Shown here piece by piece: positions 1 to 7,833 of a stretch of DNA of 34,337 bases (position 1 is the first letter of the stretch; each line of letters starts with the position of its first letter). The DNA lies in the NCBI GenBank assembly GCA_035462225.1, contig DATHUM010000142.1:1-34337 (forward strand), written 5' to 3'. The notes below the pieces were generated by a model. The model saw nothing but the letters and a program-made list of their open reading frames with translations. It did not search any database and was not told the origin of the DNA. Made by a program: the position numbers and the translations under genes. The DNA is from Jiangellaceae bacterium (GTDB taxonomy: Bacteria > Actinomycetota > Actinomycetes > Jiangellales > Jiangellaceae).

Positions 1-138
1 CGCCACGCACGGTTGGACCTTCCCCTGATCCGGATCGGGCGGATACAGCCACACCCGCCCGGCTAGCAGGCGCATGATCGGCACCTAGCCAAGGATAGGG
101 CTGCCGTGACTACTCGCGGTGACCGCTCAGGGTCGACG

Positions 139-204
139 AGAACCGTTATCAATGGGGAGTTGCTCCCGGCAACCCGAGCGCAACTCCCCATTGATAACGG
201 TTCT
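139..204. terminator. Perfect 25-bp inverted repeat (AGAACCGTTATCAATGGGGAGTTGC / GCAACTCCCCATTGATAACGGTTCT) with a 16-nt loop. Probable intrinsic terminator or stem-loop element 3' of the epoxide hydrolase gene.
   Basis: Arms 139-163 and 180-204 are exact reverse complements. The element lies 17 nt past the TAG stop (221-223) of the minus-strand gene. The arms are AT-richer than the flanks. No U-tract follows. Confidence 0.5.
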
Positions 205-220
205 AAGAAGGCCGCTGGCG

Positions 221-1381
221 CTACCTCCCAGGTCGTACTGAGCCGAAGAAGGTCCGGACGTCGGCCACCAACAGGTCGGGAGTTTCCAGGGCGGCGAAGT
301 GCCCGCCGGTGTCGAAGTCACTCCAGTGGACGATGTTGTTGCCCTGCTCGGCGTACCGGCGGATGGCAATGTCTTCCGCGAACACGGCTACCCCGGTCGG
401 AGTGGTCGACGGTGTAGGCCACAGCCCCGAATGCATGTTCTCGTAGTACATGCCGGCCGCCGAGCCGGCGGTGCCGGTGAACCAGTAGATCGCGACGTTG
501 GTGAGAATCCGATCACGATCGACGGAGTGTTCCGGCAGCTCGCCGTGGGTCCATTCCTTGAACTTCTCCACGATCCAGGCGAGCTGTCCGACCGGCGAGT
601 CGGCGAGGCCGTACGCGATCGTCTGCGGGCGGGTCGCCTGCATCTGGAAGTAGCCGTTTCCGTCGCTCAGGTAGGCATCGCGACGCGCGATCCGCTCGCG
701 CTCGACGTTGCTGAGCTCGCCCTGCGTCGCGTCGTCGACCGGTCCGAACGGGATGAACCCTATCGTCGCCGCATTGACATGCACGCCGACGACATGGTCA
801 CCGTCGATCCGTCCCATATCGGGAGCGATCAACGCGCCGAGGTCGCCACCCTGCACGCCGTACTCGTCGTAACCGAGCCGACCCATCAGCTCGGCGAACG
901 CCTGCGCCACCCGGCGGGTGTGCCACCCGGCCTGCCGGGTCGGCCCGGAGAACCCGAAGCCCGGAATCGACGGGATCACAACGTGAAACCCCGGAGCACC
1001 GGGCGACCCGTGGCCTTGCGGGTTGGTGAGTGGGCCGATGACGTCGACGAACTCCATGAACGACCCTGGCCAGCCGTGCACGAGCAACAGCGGCGTTGCG
1101 TCCGGGTCCGCGGAGCGGACGTGGACGAAGTGGACGTCCTGGCCGTCGATCTCTGTCATGAACTGCGGGAGTTCGTTGAGAGCGGCCTCGTGCTTGCGCC
1201 AGTCATACGACGTGCGCCAGTCGTCGGCGAGTTCCTGGAGGTAGCCGAGCGGTACGCCCCGCTCCCACCCCGTCCCGGGCAGTTCGCTCGGCCAGCGCGT
1301 GGCGGCGAGCCGGCGGTCGAGGTCGTCGAGGTCGGACTGGGCGATGTCGATCCGGTACGGGCGGATCTCTGTTGTTGTCAT
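221..1381 (-). CDS. Epoxide hydrolase (alpha/beta-hydrolase fold with N-terminal EHN domain)
   Basis: 386 aa. N-terminus [26 protein letters not shown] is typical of the epoxide hydrolase N-terminal domain. HGWPGS oxyanion-hole motif and GGDLG nucleophile elbow are present. Confidence 0.9.
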   Translation of the reverse strand: MTTTEIRPYRIDIAQSDLDDLDRRLAATRWPSELPGTGWERGVPLGYLQELADDWRTSYDWRKHEAALNELPQFMTEIDGQDVHFVHVRSADPDATPLLLVHGWPGSFMEFVDVIGPLTNPQGHGSPGAPGFHVVIPSIPGFGFSGPTRQAGWHTRRVAQAFAELMGRLGYDEYGVQGGDLGALIAPDMGRIDGDHVVGVHVNAATIGFIPFGPVDDATQGELSNVERERIARRDAYLSDGNGYFQMQATRPQTIAYGLADSPVGQLAWIVEKFKEWTHGELPEHSVDRDRILTNVAIYWFTGTAGSAAGMYYENMHSGLWPTPSTTPTGVAVFAEDIAIRRYAEQGNNIVHWSDFDTGGHFAALETPDLLVADVRTFFGSVRPGR

Positions 1382-1443
1382 GACTCGACGGTATGAAGGC
1401 TTGCGGACAACTTCTGTCCTCGAGCCGTGTGAGACTTTCGTTC

Positions 1444-2403
1444 ATGTTGGAAACCTCGGCGCGGTTACTCCAGCTGCTGGCATTGCTGCAGGCCCGCCGC
1501 GATTGGTCGGGCGCAGAGCTTGCCGACCGGTTGTCCGTCACCCCCCGGACGGTGCGGCGCGACATCGATCGCCTGCGGGGCCTCGGCTACCCGGTCGACT
1601 CGGCCTCCGGCACCGCCGGCGGTTATCGGCTCGGTCCGGGCGGCAAGCTTCCGCCGCTGCTCATCGACGACGACGAAGCCGTGGCGATCGCGATCGGCCT
1701 GCGCACCGCTGCCACGGGCGCAGTCAGCGGCATCGAAGAGGCCTCGGTGCGCGCACTGGTCAAGCTAGAGCAGGTCTTGCCGTCCCGGTTACGCCATCGG
1801 GTCACGGCACTGCACGGGGCCACCGTGCCCATGACGGGTTCCGCACCGGCCGTCGATCCGAGCGTCCTGGCCGTGATCGCCGCAGCCTGCCGTGACCACC
1901 AGCGGCTGCGGTTCGGCTACCAGAGCCGTGACGGGTCGCCCCGGCCGAGGCACGTGGAGCCGCACCGGCTGGTACACAGCCCCCGCCGGTGGTATCTGCT
2001 CGCGTGGGACGTCGATCGGGCGGACTGGCGCACGTTTCGCGTCGACCGGATCGCCGGCCTGCCCGCACCGGGTGCCCGGTTCTCGCCCCGTACGCCACCC
2101 CCGGATGCCGCGGCCTATGTATCGCAGGCGGTGTCCTCGGCGCCGTACCGGTACCAGGCCAGGATTCTTCTGCGCGCGCCGCTGTCAGTGGTTGCCGAGC
2201 GCTCCTCACCCACGGCGGGACGGCTCGAGCCGGTCGACGATCACTCCTGCCTGCTGCATACCGGGTCGAACTCGCTCGACGAATTGGTCATCTATGTGGC
2301 CGCCAAGGGCGTGGACTTCGAGGTGCTGGACCCTCCGGAACTCGTCGCGCACCTGGACGTGGTGGCGAGCCGCCTCGCCCGGGCCGCACGGCGATCGCGG
2401 TAG
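1444..2403 (+). CDS. YafY-family HTH plus WYL-domain transcriptional regulator
   Basis: N-terminal HTH (RLLQLLALLQARRDWSGAELADRLSVTPRTVRRDIDRL) and a literal WYL motif (RRWYLLAWD). Divergent from the epoxide hydrolase gene. ATG at 1444 preferred over the ORF-track start at 1393. Confidence 0.9.
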   Translation: MLETSARLLQLLALLQARRDWSGAELADRLSVTPRTVRRDIDRLRGLGYPVDSASGTAGGYRLGPGGKLPPLLIDDDEAVAIAIGLRTAATGAVSGIEEASVRALVKLEQVLPSRLRHRVTALHGATVPMTGSAPAVDPSVLAVIAAACRDHQRLRFGYQSRDGSPRPRHVEPHRLVHSPRRWYLLAWDVDRADWRTFRVDRIAGLPAPGARFSPRTPPPDAAAYVSQAVSSAPYRYQARILLRAPLSVVAERSSPTAGRLEPVDDHSCLLHTGSNSLDELVIYVAAKGVDFEVLDPPELVAHLDVVASRLARAARRSR

Positions 2404-2496
2404 CGGTGCTGAGGAGCATGTTGACGCGCTGCGTCCGCGCACCGACCACGTGACCGCCCTGACGACACCAGGCCCGTCGGCTGAGACGATCGTCTC

Positions 2497-3501
2497 GTGG
2501 ACGACACAACGGACCTGGTCGCGGCAGCACGCCATGGCGACTCCGGCGCGTTCGAGCGTCTCGTCGCTCCGCGCCGGCGGGAGTTGTACGCGCACTGCTA
2601 CCGCATGCTCGGATCGGTTCAGGATGCGGAGGACGCCGTGCAAGAATCCCTCCTGGCCGCATGGCGAGGGTTGCCCGGCTTCGAGGGCCGCGCCACGCTT
2701 CGCGCATGGCTCTACCGAATAGCGACCAACGTTTGCCTACGGCTGATCGACCGGCGCCCCCGGCGAGTCTTGTCTCCCGAGTACGGCCCGCCCCGCGCCG
2801 ACACCGCCGATCTCGGCGAACCGGTGACCGAACCGATCTGGCTGGAACCGATCGTCACCGATATCCAGGACGACGCCCAGGACCCGGAAACCAGGTACGT
2901 CCAGCGCGAGAGCATAGAGCTGGCCTTCGTGGCCGCGCTGCAACACCTGCCGGGCACTCAGCGCGCCGTGCTGATCCTCCGGGACGTCCTGCAGTTCTCC
3001 GCCGCCGAGGTCGCCGCACACCTGGACACCACACCGGTGTCGGTCAACAGCGCCTTGCAGCGCGCCCGCAAGTCGCTGGGTGAGCGCATCCCTCGTGACA
3101 GCCAGCAAGCCGAGCTGGCCGCCCTCGGCGCGGAGGGCCGGCGCGAACTCGTCGAAGCCTTCGTCACGGCGTGGGAACGGGCCGACATCGCCGCGCTACT
3201 GGAACTGCTGACCGAGGACGCACGGTTCACCATGCCGCCGCTGCCGGCCTGGTTCCTGGGCCGTGACGACGTCGGCCGGTTCTTCACCGACCGGGTGTTC
3301 GCTACTTCGTGGCGGTTGATACCGCTGAGCGTGAACGCCCAGCTGGGCTTCGCGTGCTATTTGCGCGAGTCCGGCGCCGACACCTTCCGCCTCGGCGCCG
3401 TCAACGCCCTGACGCTGCGGGACGGAAAGATCGCAGTGATCAACGGCTTCATCGACCCAGACCTGTACCGGCATTTCGGGCTGTCACATGAGCTCTTCTA
3501 G
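2497..3501 (+). CDS. ECF (sigma-70 family) RNA polymerase sigma factor with C-terminal NTF2/SnoaL-like extension (SigG / TIGR02960-like)
   Basis: 334 aa. Region 2 (AEDAVQESLLAAWRGLPGFEGRATLRAWLYRIATNVCL) and region 4 HTH (QRAVLILRDVLQFSAAEVAAHLDTTPVSVNSALQRARKSL) are followed by about 130 extra C-terminal residues. GTG start. Confidence 0.88.
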   Translation: MDDTTDLVAAARHGDSGAFERLVAPRRRELYAHCYRMLGSVQDAEDAVQESLLAAWRGLPGFEGRATLRAWLYRIATNVCLRLIDRRPRRVLSPEYGPPRADTADLGEPVTEPIWLEPIVTDIQDDAQDPETRYVQRESIELAFVAALQHLPGTQRAVLILRDVLQFSAAEVAAHLDTTPVSVNSALQRARKSLGERIPRDSQQAELAALGAEGRRELVEAFVTAWERADIAALLELLTEDARFTMPPLPAWFLGRDDVGRFFTDRVFATSWRLIPLSVNAQLGFACYLRESGADTFRLGAVNALTLRDGKIAVINGFIDPDLYRHFGLSHELF

Positions 3502-3546
3502 GCCACAACCCGTCCCTTCCGACGCGCGAAGGGGCTCGGTCGGCCG

Positions 3547-3754
3547 CACCAAGATTCCACGGTGTCGCGATCCTCTGACACCAAGCCTCCGCGGTGCGGT
3601 GGACTGTTCACACCAAGCTTCCACAGTGCGGCGGGGTGTTAGCACCAAGCTTCCACGGTGCCGCCGTCCATACACACCAAGCTTCCACAATGCGGCTATT
3701 GCAGCATTGTGGAACCTTGGTGCCACCTCATAGCGACTCCGTGGAAGCTCGGTG
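3547..3754. repeat. Phased array of seven copies of an 18-bp motif (consensus CACCAAGCTTCCACGGTG): five direct copies and two inverted copies, all on a 32-bp register
   Basis: Direct copies start at 3547, 3579, 3611, 3643 and 3675. Inverted copies lie at 3705-3722 and 3737-3754. Each copy has 0-3 mismatches to the consensus, and the 14-bp spacers are unrelated. Located between the convergent sigma-factor and DHFR-like genes. Confidence 0.9.
3675..3722. terminator. Long hairpin formed by array copies 5 and 6 (19-bp stem with one mismatch). Candidate bidirectional terminator.
   Basis: CACCAAGCTTCCACAATGC (3675-3693) pairs with GCATTGTGGAACCTTGGTG (3704-3722). Sits between the 3' ends of convergent genes. 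Confidence 0.45.
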
Positions 3755-3786
3755 CCGAGCACGCCGACGGCGAAGCCCGGCCGCGA

Positions 3787-4383
3787 TCAGCGAGGCGAAG
3801 GGTCGGGCAGAGCGGCATATTGGGCCAGCAGAAGGCTCGACCCGTGCCAGGTCCGGGTGCCGACAAGTCGCAGAGACGACGCTGGTTTGCCGTCGAAGAT
3901 CGGCGTCCCGTCACCCAAAACACCGGCGCCGATCATCAGATGCAGCTCGTCCACCAGGCCGGCCGACAGCAGGTCGTTCCACAGCGTATGGCTACCGAAG
4001 ATCAGGATGTCACCGCCGGGTTCGCTCTTCAGATCCGCCACCCGTTCCATCGCCTCAGCGCCTGGGACGATCGTGGTGTTGTGCCACGGTGCGGTCTGCT
4101 CCAGCCGCAGGGTGTTCGAGACGACCACCTTGTCGATGGCGTCGTTGAGCCGCGATATCTCCCGCTCCACCGGCGGGGCATCGGGGTTATCGGCGACCGG
4201 CGGCCAGTAGCTTCTGAACAGTTCGAATGTTTTGCGACCGAGCAGCAGCGTGCTCGCCGCCCGCAACCGTTCGGCGTTGTAGTCGTCGAACCCCACATCG
4301 AACGGCAGTGCCATCACATCGCCGCCAGGCGCCTCGTACCGGCCGTCGAGCGACATGATGTTACAGACGATCAGCTTTCGCAT
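3787..4383 (-). CDS. Dihydrofolate reductase family protein (RibD C-terminal domain type)
   Basis: 198 aa. MRKLIVCNIMSLDGRYE...LLLGRKTFELF...ILIFGSHTLWNDLLSAGLVDELHLMI matches the RibD_C/YwjB-like pattern. Confidence 0.85.
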   Translation of the reverse strand: MRKLIVCNIMSLDGRYEAPGGDVMALPFDVGFDDYNAERLRAASTLLLGRKTFELFRSYWPPVADNPDAPPVEREISRLNDAIDKVVVSNTLRLEQTAPWHNTTIVPGAEAMERVADLKSEPGGDILIFGSHTLWNDLLSAGLVDELHLMIGAGVLGDGTPIFDGKPASSLRLVGTRTWHGSSLLLAQYAALPDPSPR

Positions 4384-4475
4384 CTGGGCGTCTCCTTCCG
4401 GATGGGCGCGTTCGGCCCGACCATCCGTTGAGAGACAGCCCGGTGCGCTGATTCACCGGTCCTGGCGGAACTTCT

Positions 4476-5543
4476 TCACCGTTTTCCGGCTTCCGCGGCC
4501 TCCGCCTCCGCCTTGGCGTTGCTCACCGCTTGCCGAGCATCCTTGACCGCTTGATCGGCGGCGGACTCCGCGTCCATGGCGAGTTGATCACCTGAAGTCA
4601 GCTCACGCGTGCTCTTCTCGCCTTCGAGCGATTGCGCAACTTCCTCCGCGCCGGCTTCGGCGACCGGCGCGCCCGGACCGGTGTCGCGGCTGAACGCTTC
4701 GGTGATCGTCCGCACGGCTTGAGTCAGCTCGCCTGGGATCACCCAGAACGTGTTTCCGCTCTGGGCGAGCTCCGGCAGCGTCTCAAGGTACTTGTACGCC
4801 AGCACCTTCGGATCGGCATCGTGGCGGTGCACGGCCTTGAAGACGAGATCGACGGCTTTGGCCTCACCGTCGGCTCGGAGAATGGAGGCCTCACGGGCAC
4901 CCTGCGCCTCGAGGATCTGCTGCTGCCTGGTTCCCTCGGCGGTCAGAATCTTGGACTGCCGGTCCCCCTCGGCATGCAGGATCGCCGCACGCTTGTCGCG
5001 TTCGGCGCGCATCTGCTTTTCCATCGCTTCCTTGATGGTGGACGGCGGGTCAATCGCCTTTATCTCGACCCGGTTCACCCGGATTCCCCACTTGCCGGTC
5101 GCGTCGTCCAGCACAGTGCGCAGCCGCGTGTTGATCTCCTCACGCGAGGTCAGGGTCTGCTCGAGGTCCATGCTGCCGATGACGTTTCGCAGGGTTGTGA
5201 CGGTGAGCTGATCGATGGCCTGCAGGTAATCGGCCACCTCGTACGCGGCCGCGCGCGGATCGGTGATCTGGTAGTAGAGCACCGTGTCGATGTTCACCAC
5301 CAGGTTGTCCTCGGTGATCACCGGCCTGGGATCGGACGAGTACACCTGCTCGCGGACGTCGAGTTTGGTGTTGATCCGATCCGCGACCGGGACGACGAAG
5401 TTGAGGCCCGGCTGCAGGGTGGTGCGGTACCGCCCGAATCGCTCGACGTTGTACCTGCGCGCCTGGGGAACGATGCGGACCGTGGAGATCACCAGGAATA
5501 CCATCAGGACCGCTGCTATGACGAGAGGTATCAGAAGTTCCAT
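4476..5543 (-). CDS. SPFH/band-7 (stomatin/QmcA-like) membrane protein
   Basis: 355 aa. N-terminal TM helix, then VRIVPQARRYNVERFGRYRTTLQPGLNFVVP and NRVEIKAIDPP...AMEKQMRAERDKRA, with a coiled Ala/Glu-rich tail. Confidence 0.92.
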   Translation of the reverse strand: MELLIPLVIAAVLMVFLVISTVRIVPQARRYNVERFGRYRTTLQPGLNFVVPVADRINTKLDVREQVYSSDPRPVITEDNLVVNIDTVLYYQITDPRAAAYEVADYLQAIDQLTVTTLRNVIGSMDLEQTLTSREEINTRLRTVLDDATGKWGIRVNRVEIKAIDPPSTIKEAMEKQMRAERDKRAAILHAEGDRQSKILTAEGTRQQQILEAQGAREASILRADGEAKAVDLVFKAVHRHDADPKVLAYKYLETLPELAQSGNTFWVIPGELTQAVRTITEAFSRDTGPGAPVAEAGAEEVAQSLEGEKSTRELTSGDQLAMDAESAADQAVKDARQAVSNAKAEAEAAEAGKR

Positions 5544-5570
5544 ATCTCCTCGCTTCTCATTGGGACGCCA

Positions 5571-6008
5571 TCACGGCAGCAGCTCGCGTGGGTAGACAAC
5601 CGCAGTGGCGCCGTCGATCTCCATCACGTCGACCAGAGACCCGACAGGTATGACCTGATGCTCGTCGAAGGCGCGGGCCGACCACTCCTCGCCTGCAAGC
5701 TTGACCAGCCCGCGGAAAGCGGTGACCTCCTCGACAACGATGGCCTGCTTTCCCAGGAGGGCCTCACTGCCGTCGCGGCTGAGGGGAGGCTGAAACATAT
5801 GCCTCCTCGCGATCGGACGCACGATCAGCAACCCGCCGGCGGCGGTGATCGCGAAGGCGAGCACCTGCACGATCAACGGCAGGCCGACGCCGGCCACGAC
5901 AGCGGCGATCACCGCAGCAGCGGCCAGGATCCCGAACCCTAAGGTCAGCGTGAAGAATTCCGCGGCGCCCAACGCTGCGGCGGCTGCCAACCATACAAGC
6001 CACGACAT
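5571..6008 (-). CDS. NfeD-family membrane protein (SPFH partner)
   Basis: 145 aa. Hydrophobic N-terminal half plus a C-terminal OB-like segment (GKQAIVVEEV...GLVKLAGEEWSAR...GSLVDVMEIDGATAVV). Lies 27 nt upstream of the SPFH gene, the classic nfeD-SPFH operon order. Confidence 0.88.
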   Translation of the reverse strand: MSWLVWLAAAAALGAAEFFTLTLGFGILAAAAVIAAVVAGVGLPLIVQVLAFAITAAGGLLIVRPIARRHMFQPPLSRDGSEALLGKQAIVVEEVTAFRGLVKLAGEEWSARAFDEHQVIPVGSLVDVMEIDGATAVVYPRELLP

Positions 6009-6131
6009 TTCGATCCGACCTCCCCTGGGGGGTGGCTAGCCATTAACCGTACCTCCGAAATCTCCGTGAGAATCAATCAACAGCAAACGTGCGACGGGCC
6101 GTTATGCGATCGAAACTGGCAGGCTTGTCCC

Positions 6132-6524
6132 ATGGATAGGCAGCACGTGATGAACTGGGTGGCGGCTTACGAACGGGCGTGGCGGACCCCCGGGACGAAC
6201 ACCCTCGGCTCGATATTCACCGAGTCCGCCAGCTACGTTCAGGCACCGTACGCCGAGCCGGTGCACGGGCTGACGGCCATCGCGAAGATGTGGGAAGCGG
6301 AGCGCGATGGGCCGGCCGAGATCTTCGAGCTGACCAGCAGCATCGTCGCCGTCGATGGAGACACCGCAGTGGTGCGGGCGGAGGTGTCCTACGGGCCGCC
6401 GACCAACCAGGATTTCCGCGACCTCTGGATCATCCGCTTCGCGGAGGACGGCCGCTGTTACGCATTCGAAGAATGGCCGTTCGCACCTCGCAAGCCGGCG
6501 ACTGCGGCGGCGGACGGCGGCTGA
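6132..6524 (+). CDS. NTF2/SnoaL-like family protein
   Basis: About 130 aa. VMNWVAAYERAWRT...DGDTAVVRAEVSY...FRDLWIIRFAEDGRCYAFEEW resembles an NTF2-like fold. ATG at 6132 preferred over 6066. Confidence 0.7.
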   Translation: MDRQHVMNWVAAYERAWRTPGTNTLGSIFTESASYVQAPYAEPVHGLTAIAKMWEAERDGPAEIFELTSSIVAVDGDTAVVRAEVSYGPPTNQDFRDLWIIRFAEDGRCYAFEEWPFAPRKPATAAADGG

Positions 6525-6584
6525 ACTCCCACCGACACCGTGTCGAGACCGAAGGCGTACGATCGCGACGGCGGGCGCCCGCGG

Positions 6585-7145
6585 TCACGGCCGGATGCGG
6601 TAGCGCAAGTACACGACGCCGGCGTCGAATCTCCGCTCGTGCTGCAACTCGAGCCCGACTCGGACGTGACCCGGGAACACCTGCACCCCGCCACCCACGA
6701 TGATCGGCGTGACGAACAAGTGGCACTCGTCGACCAGGCCGGCCAGGAACGCCTGCGCGGCCAGTTCGGGGCCGCCGATGGAGATGTCACGCTCCTCGGT
6801 AGTCTTCAGCCGCCGGACGGCGTCGGGGTCGAACTCGCGCTCTATCCGCGTCCGCTCCGAGGAGACCCGTTCCAGCGTCCTGGTGTACACGATCTTGTCG
6901 GTGGCCTGCCAGATCGCCGCGAAATCACTCATCACGGCCGGCAGGTCGGCCTGAGTATCGACCCCATCCCAGCCGGCCATCACCTCGTACATGCGCCGCC
7001 CGTACAGGTACGTCCCGATCGGCCGCTCGAGATCGTTGATGAAGGCGTGCACCTCATCGTCCGGCACCGCCCAGTCGAAGTTGCCGTCCTTATCGGCGAC
7101 GCGGCCATCGAGCGAGGTGATGGCGGAGTAGATCAGCTTGGCCAT
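6585..7145 (-). CDS. Dihydrofolate reductase family protein (RibD_C type), second divergent paralog
   Basis: 186 aa. MAKLIYSAITSLDGRVADKDGNFDW...YLYGRRMYEVM...ISIGGPELAAQAFLAGLVDECHLFVTPIIVGGG. Confidence 0.85.
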   Translation of the reverse strand: MAKLIYSAITSLDGRVADKDGNFDWAVPDDEVHAFINDLERPIGTYLYGRRMYEVMAGWDGVDTQADLPAVMSDFAAIWQATDKIVYTRTLERVSSERTRIEREFDPDAVRRLKTTEERDISIGGPELAAQAFLAGLVDECHLFVTPIIVGGGVQVFPGHVRVGLELQHERRFDAGVVYLRYRIRP

Positions 7146-7209
7146 GCTGCCTAACCTTCTACAGATCCGCTGACTCCGCCACAGCTCAGCGCGCGGCCGC
7201 GGGCGCTAC

Positions 7210-7563
7210 TCACTTGGCGAAGAACGCCAGAGCATTGCCGTCCGGGTCTTTGATCAGAAACTCGCGGGCGCCCGAGCGTTGCCTCCGGGGCTCGGTCGAC
7301 GGCGTGAAGCCGTTGGCCAATAGCGCGCCGTAGTAATCATCGATGTCGTCGACCTTGAGGTACAGAGCAGGGCCGGGTTCCGGCTCGCCCGTGGCTGCGT
7401 CGGCGACGAATCTCAGCCAGAACCAGTTGACATAACACGTGGCCTCGTGATCGTCGCGCTTGCCGACCCGGAAACCCAGTGACTCGTAGAATTCCACCGT
7501 CTTGTCCAGGTCACGCACCCGATAGACAAGACCCGAGATACTGCTGATCTTCATGCCCACCAC
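7210..7563 (-). CDS. VOC (glyoxalase/bleomycin-resistance) family protein
   Basis: 117 aa. LVYRVRDLDKTVEFYESLGFRV...FLIKDPDGNALAFF. Confidence 0.85.
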   Translation of the reverse strand: MVGMKISSISGLVYRVRDLDKTVEFYESLGFRVGKRDDHEATCYVNWFWLRFVADAATGEPEPGPALYLKVDDIDDYYGALLANGFTPSTEPRRQRSGAREFLIKDPDGNALAFFAK

Positions 7564-7833
7564 TCCTTCTGCGGCTCGACCGATCCGTCACTGCCCTGAC
7601 GGATGGGACGCCGAAGATGTGACGGCCGGTAGGACGGAATCCCTGACGCAGACATGAAGGCAAGTGGCCGTCCGATGGTAGGGTCACCTACAGCGTCGAT
7701 TCCCAGCAGGCTGAGCCGTGCCGACAAGAGGCCCTCAGACCCCTCGACCGGTGACCTTGGCCTCGTGATCGACGGCCGATCAACTGCCATGATCATTATA
7801 GCGGTCGTATGCCCTCGGAAGGGAGGGGTCGCG

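Noticed and set aside
1-75. Possible 5' end of a minus-strand gene (MRLLAGRVWLYPPDPDQGKVQPCVA...) running off the window
   Set aside because: Only 25 codons are visible, with no recognisable motif and only a weak AGGTG upstream. This is too little to call.
299-1396. Long antisense or alternative-frame ORFs throughout the window (for example 299-1396+, 4632-5942+, 7984-9600-, 19653-20618+, 20604-21503-, 21292-22221-, 21938-22960-, 28104-29192+, 30336-31289+, 32925-33932+)
   Set aside because: Each overlaps a gene with clear family signatures on the other strand or frame. Their translations are Arg/Pro/Gly-rich without motifs, so they are expected artefacts of about 70% GC DNA.
3547-3754. CRISPR array interpretation of the 32-bp periodic repeats
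   Set aside because: The repeat core is only 18 bp and the spacers only 14 bp. The copies change orientation within the array and are degenerate. No cas genes or leader occur in the window.
3547-3754. DnaA-box cluster (the motif contains TTCCACA, resembling TTGTCCACA / TTATCCACA)
   Set aside because: Only 6-7 of 9 positions match, and only copies 3 and 5 (plus inverted copy 6) carry the CACA end. The locus is not near dnaA/dnaN. The idea cannot be supported from sequence alone.
3488-4431. ORFs 3488-3733(+), 3594-4148(+), 3658-4431(+) and 3484-3762(-) spanning the repeat array
   Set aside because: They run through a non-triplet repeat or antisense to the DHFR-like gene. Their products are Arg/Pro/Ser-rich and low-complexity, which is typical of high-GC shadow ORFs.
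4476-6008. NfeD-SPFH pair as a novel system
   Set aside because: This is a well-known, widespread conserved operon (YbbJ/YbbK, QmcA-type). Nothing atypical is seen in order, spacing or domain content.
7654-7833. Upstream start (7654) for the permease, and the long N-terminal extensions of the MocR (to 24182), PPOX (to 15797), SRPBCC (to 12119) and DUF998 (to 11592) ORFs
   Set aside because: The extended N-termini are Arg/Ser/Pro-rich and not protein-like. Internal starts have better RBS spacing or fit the family N-termini.
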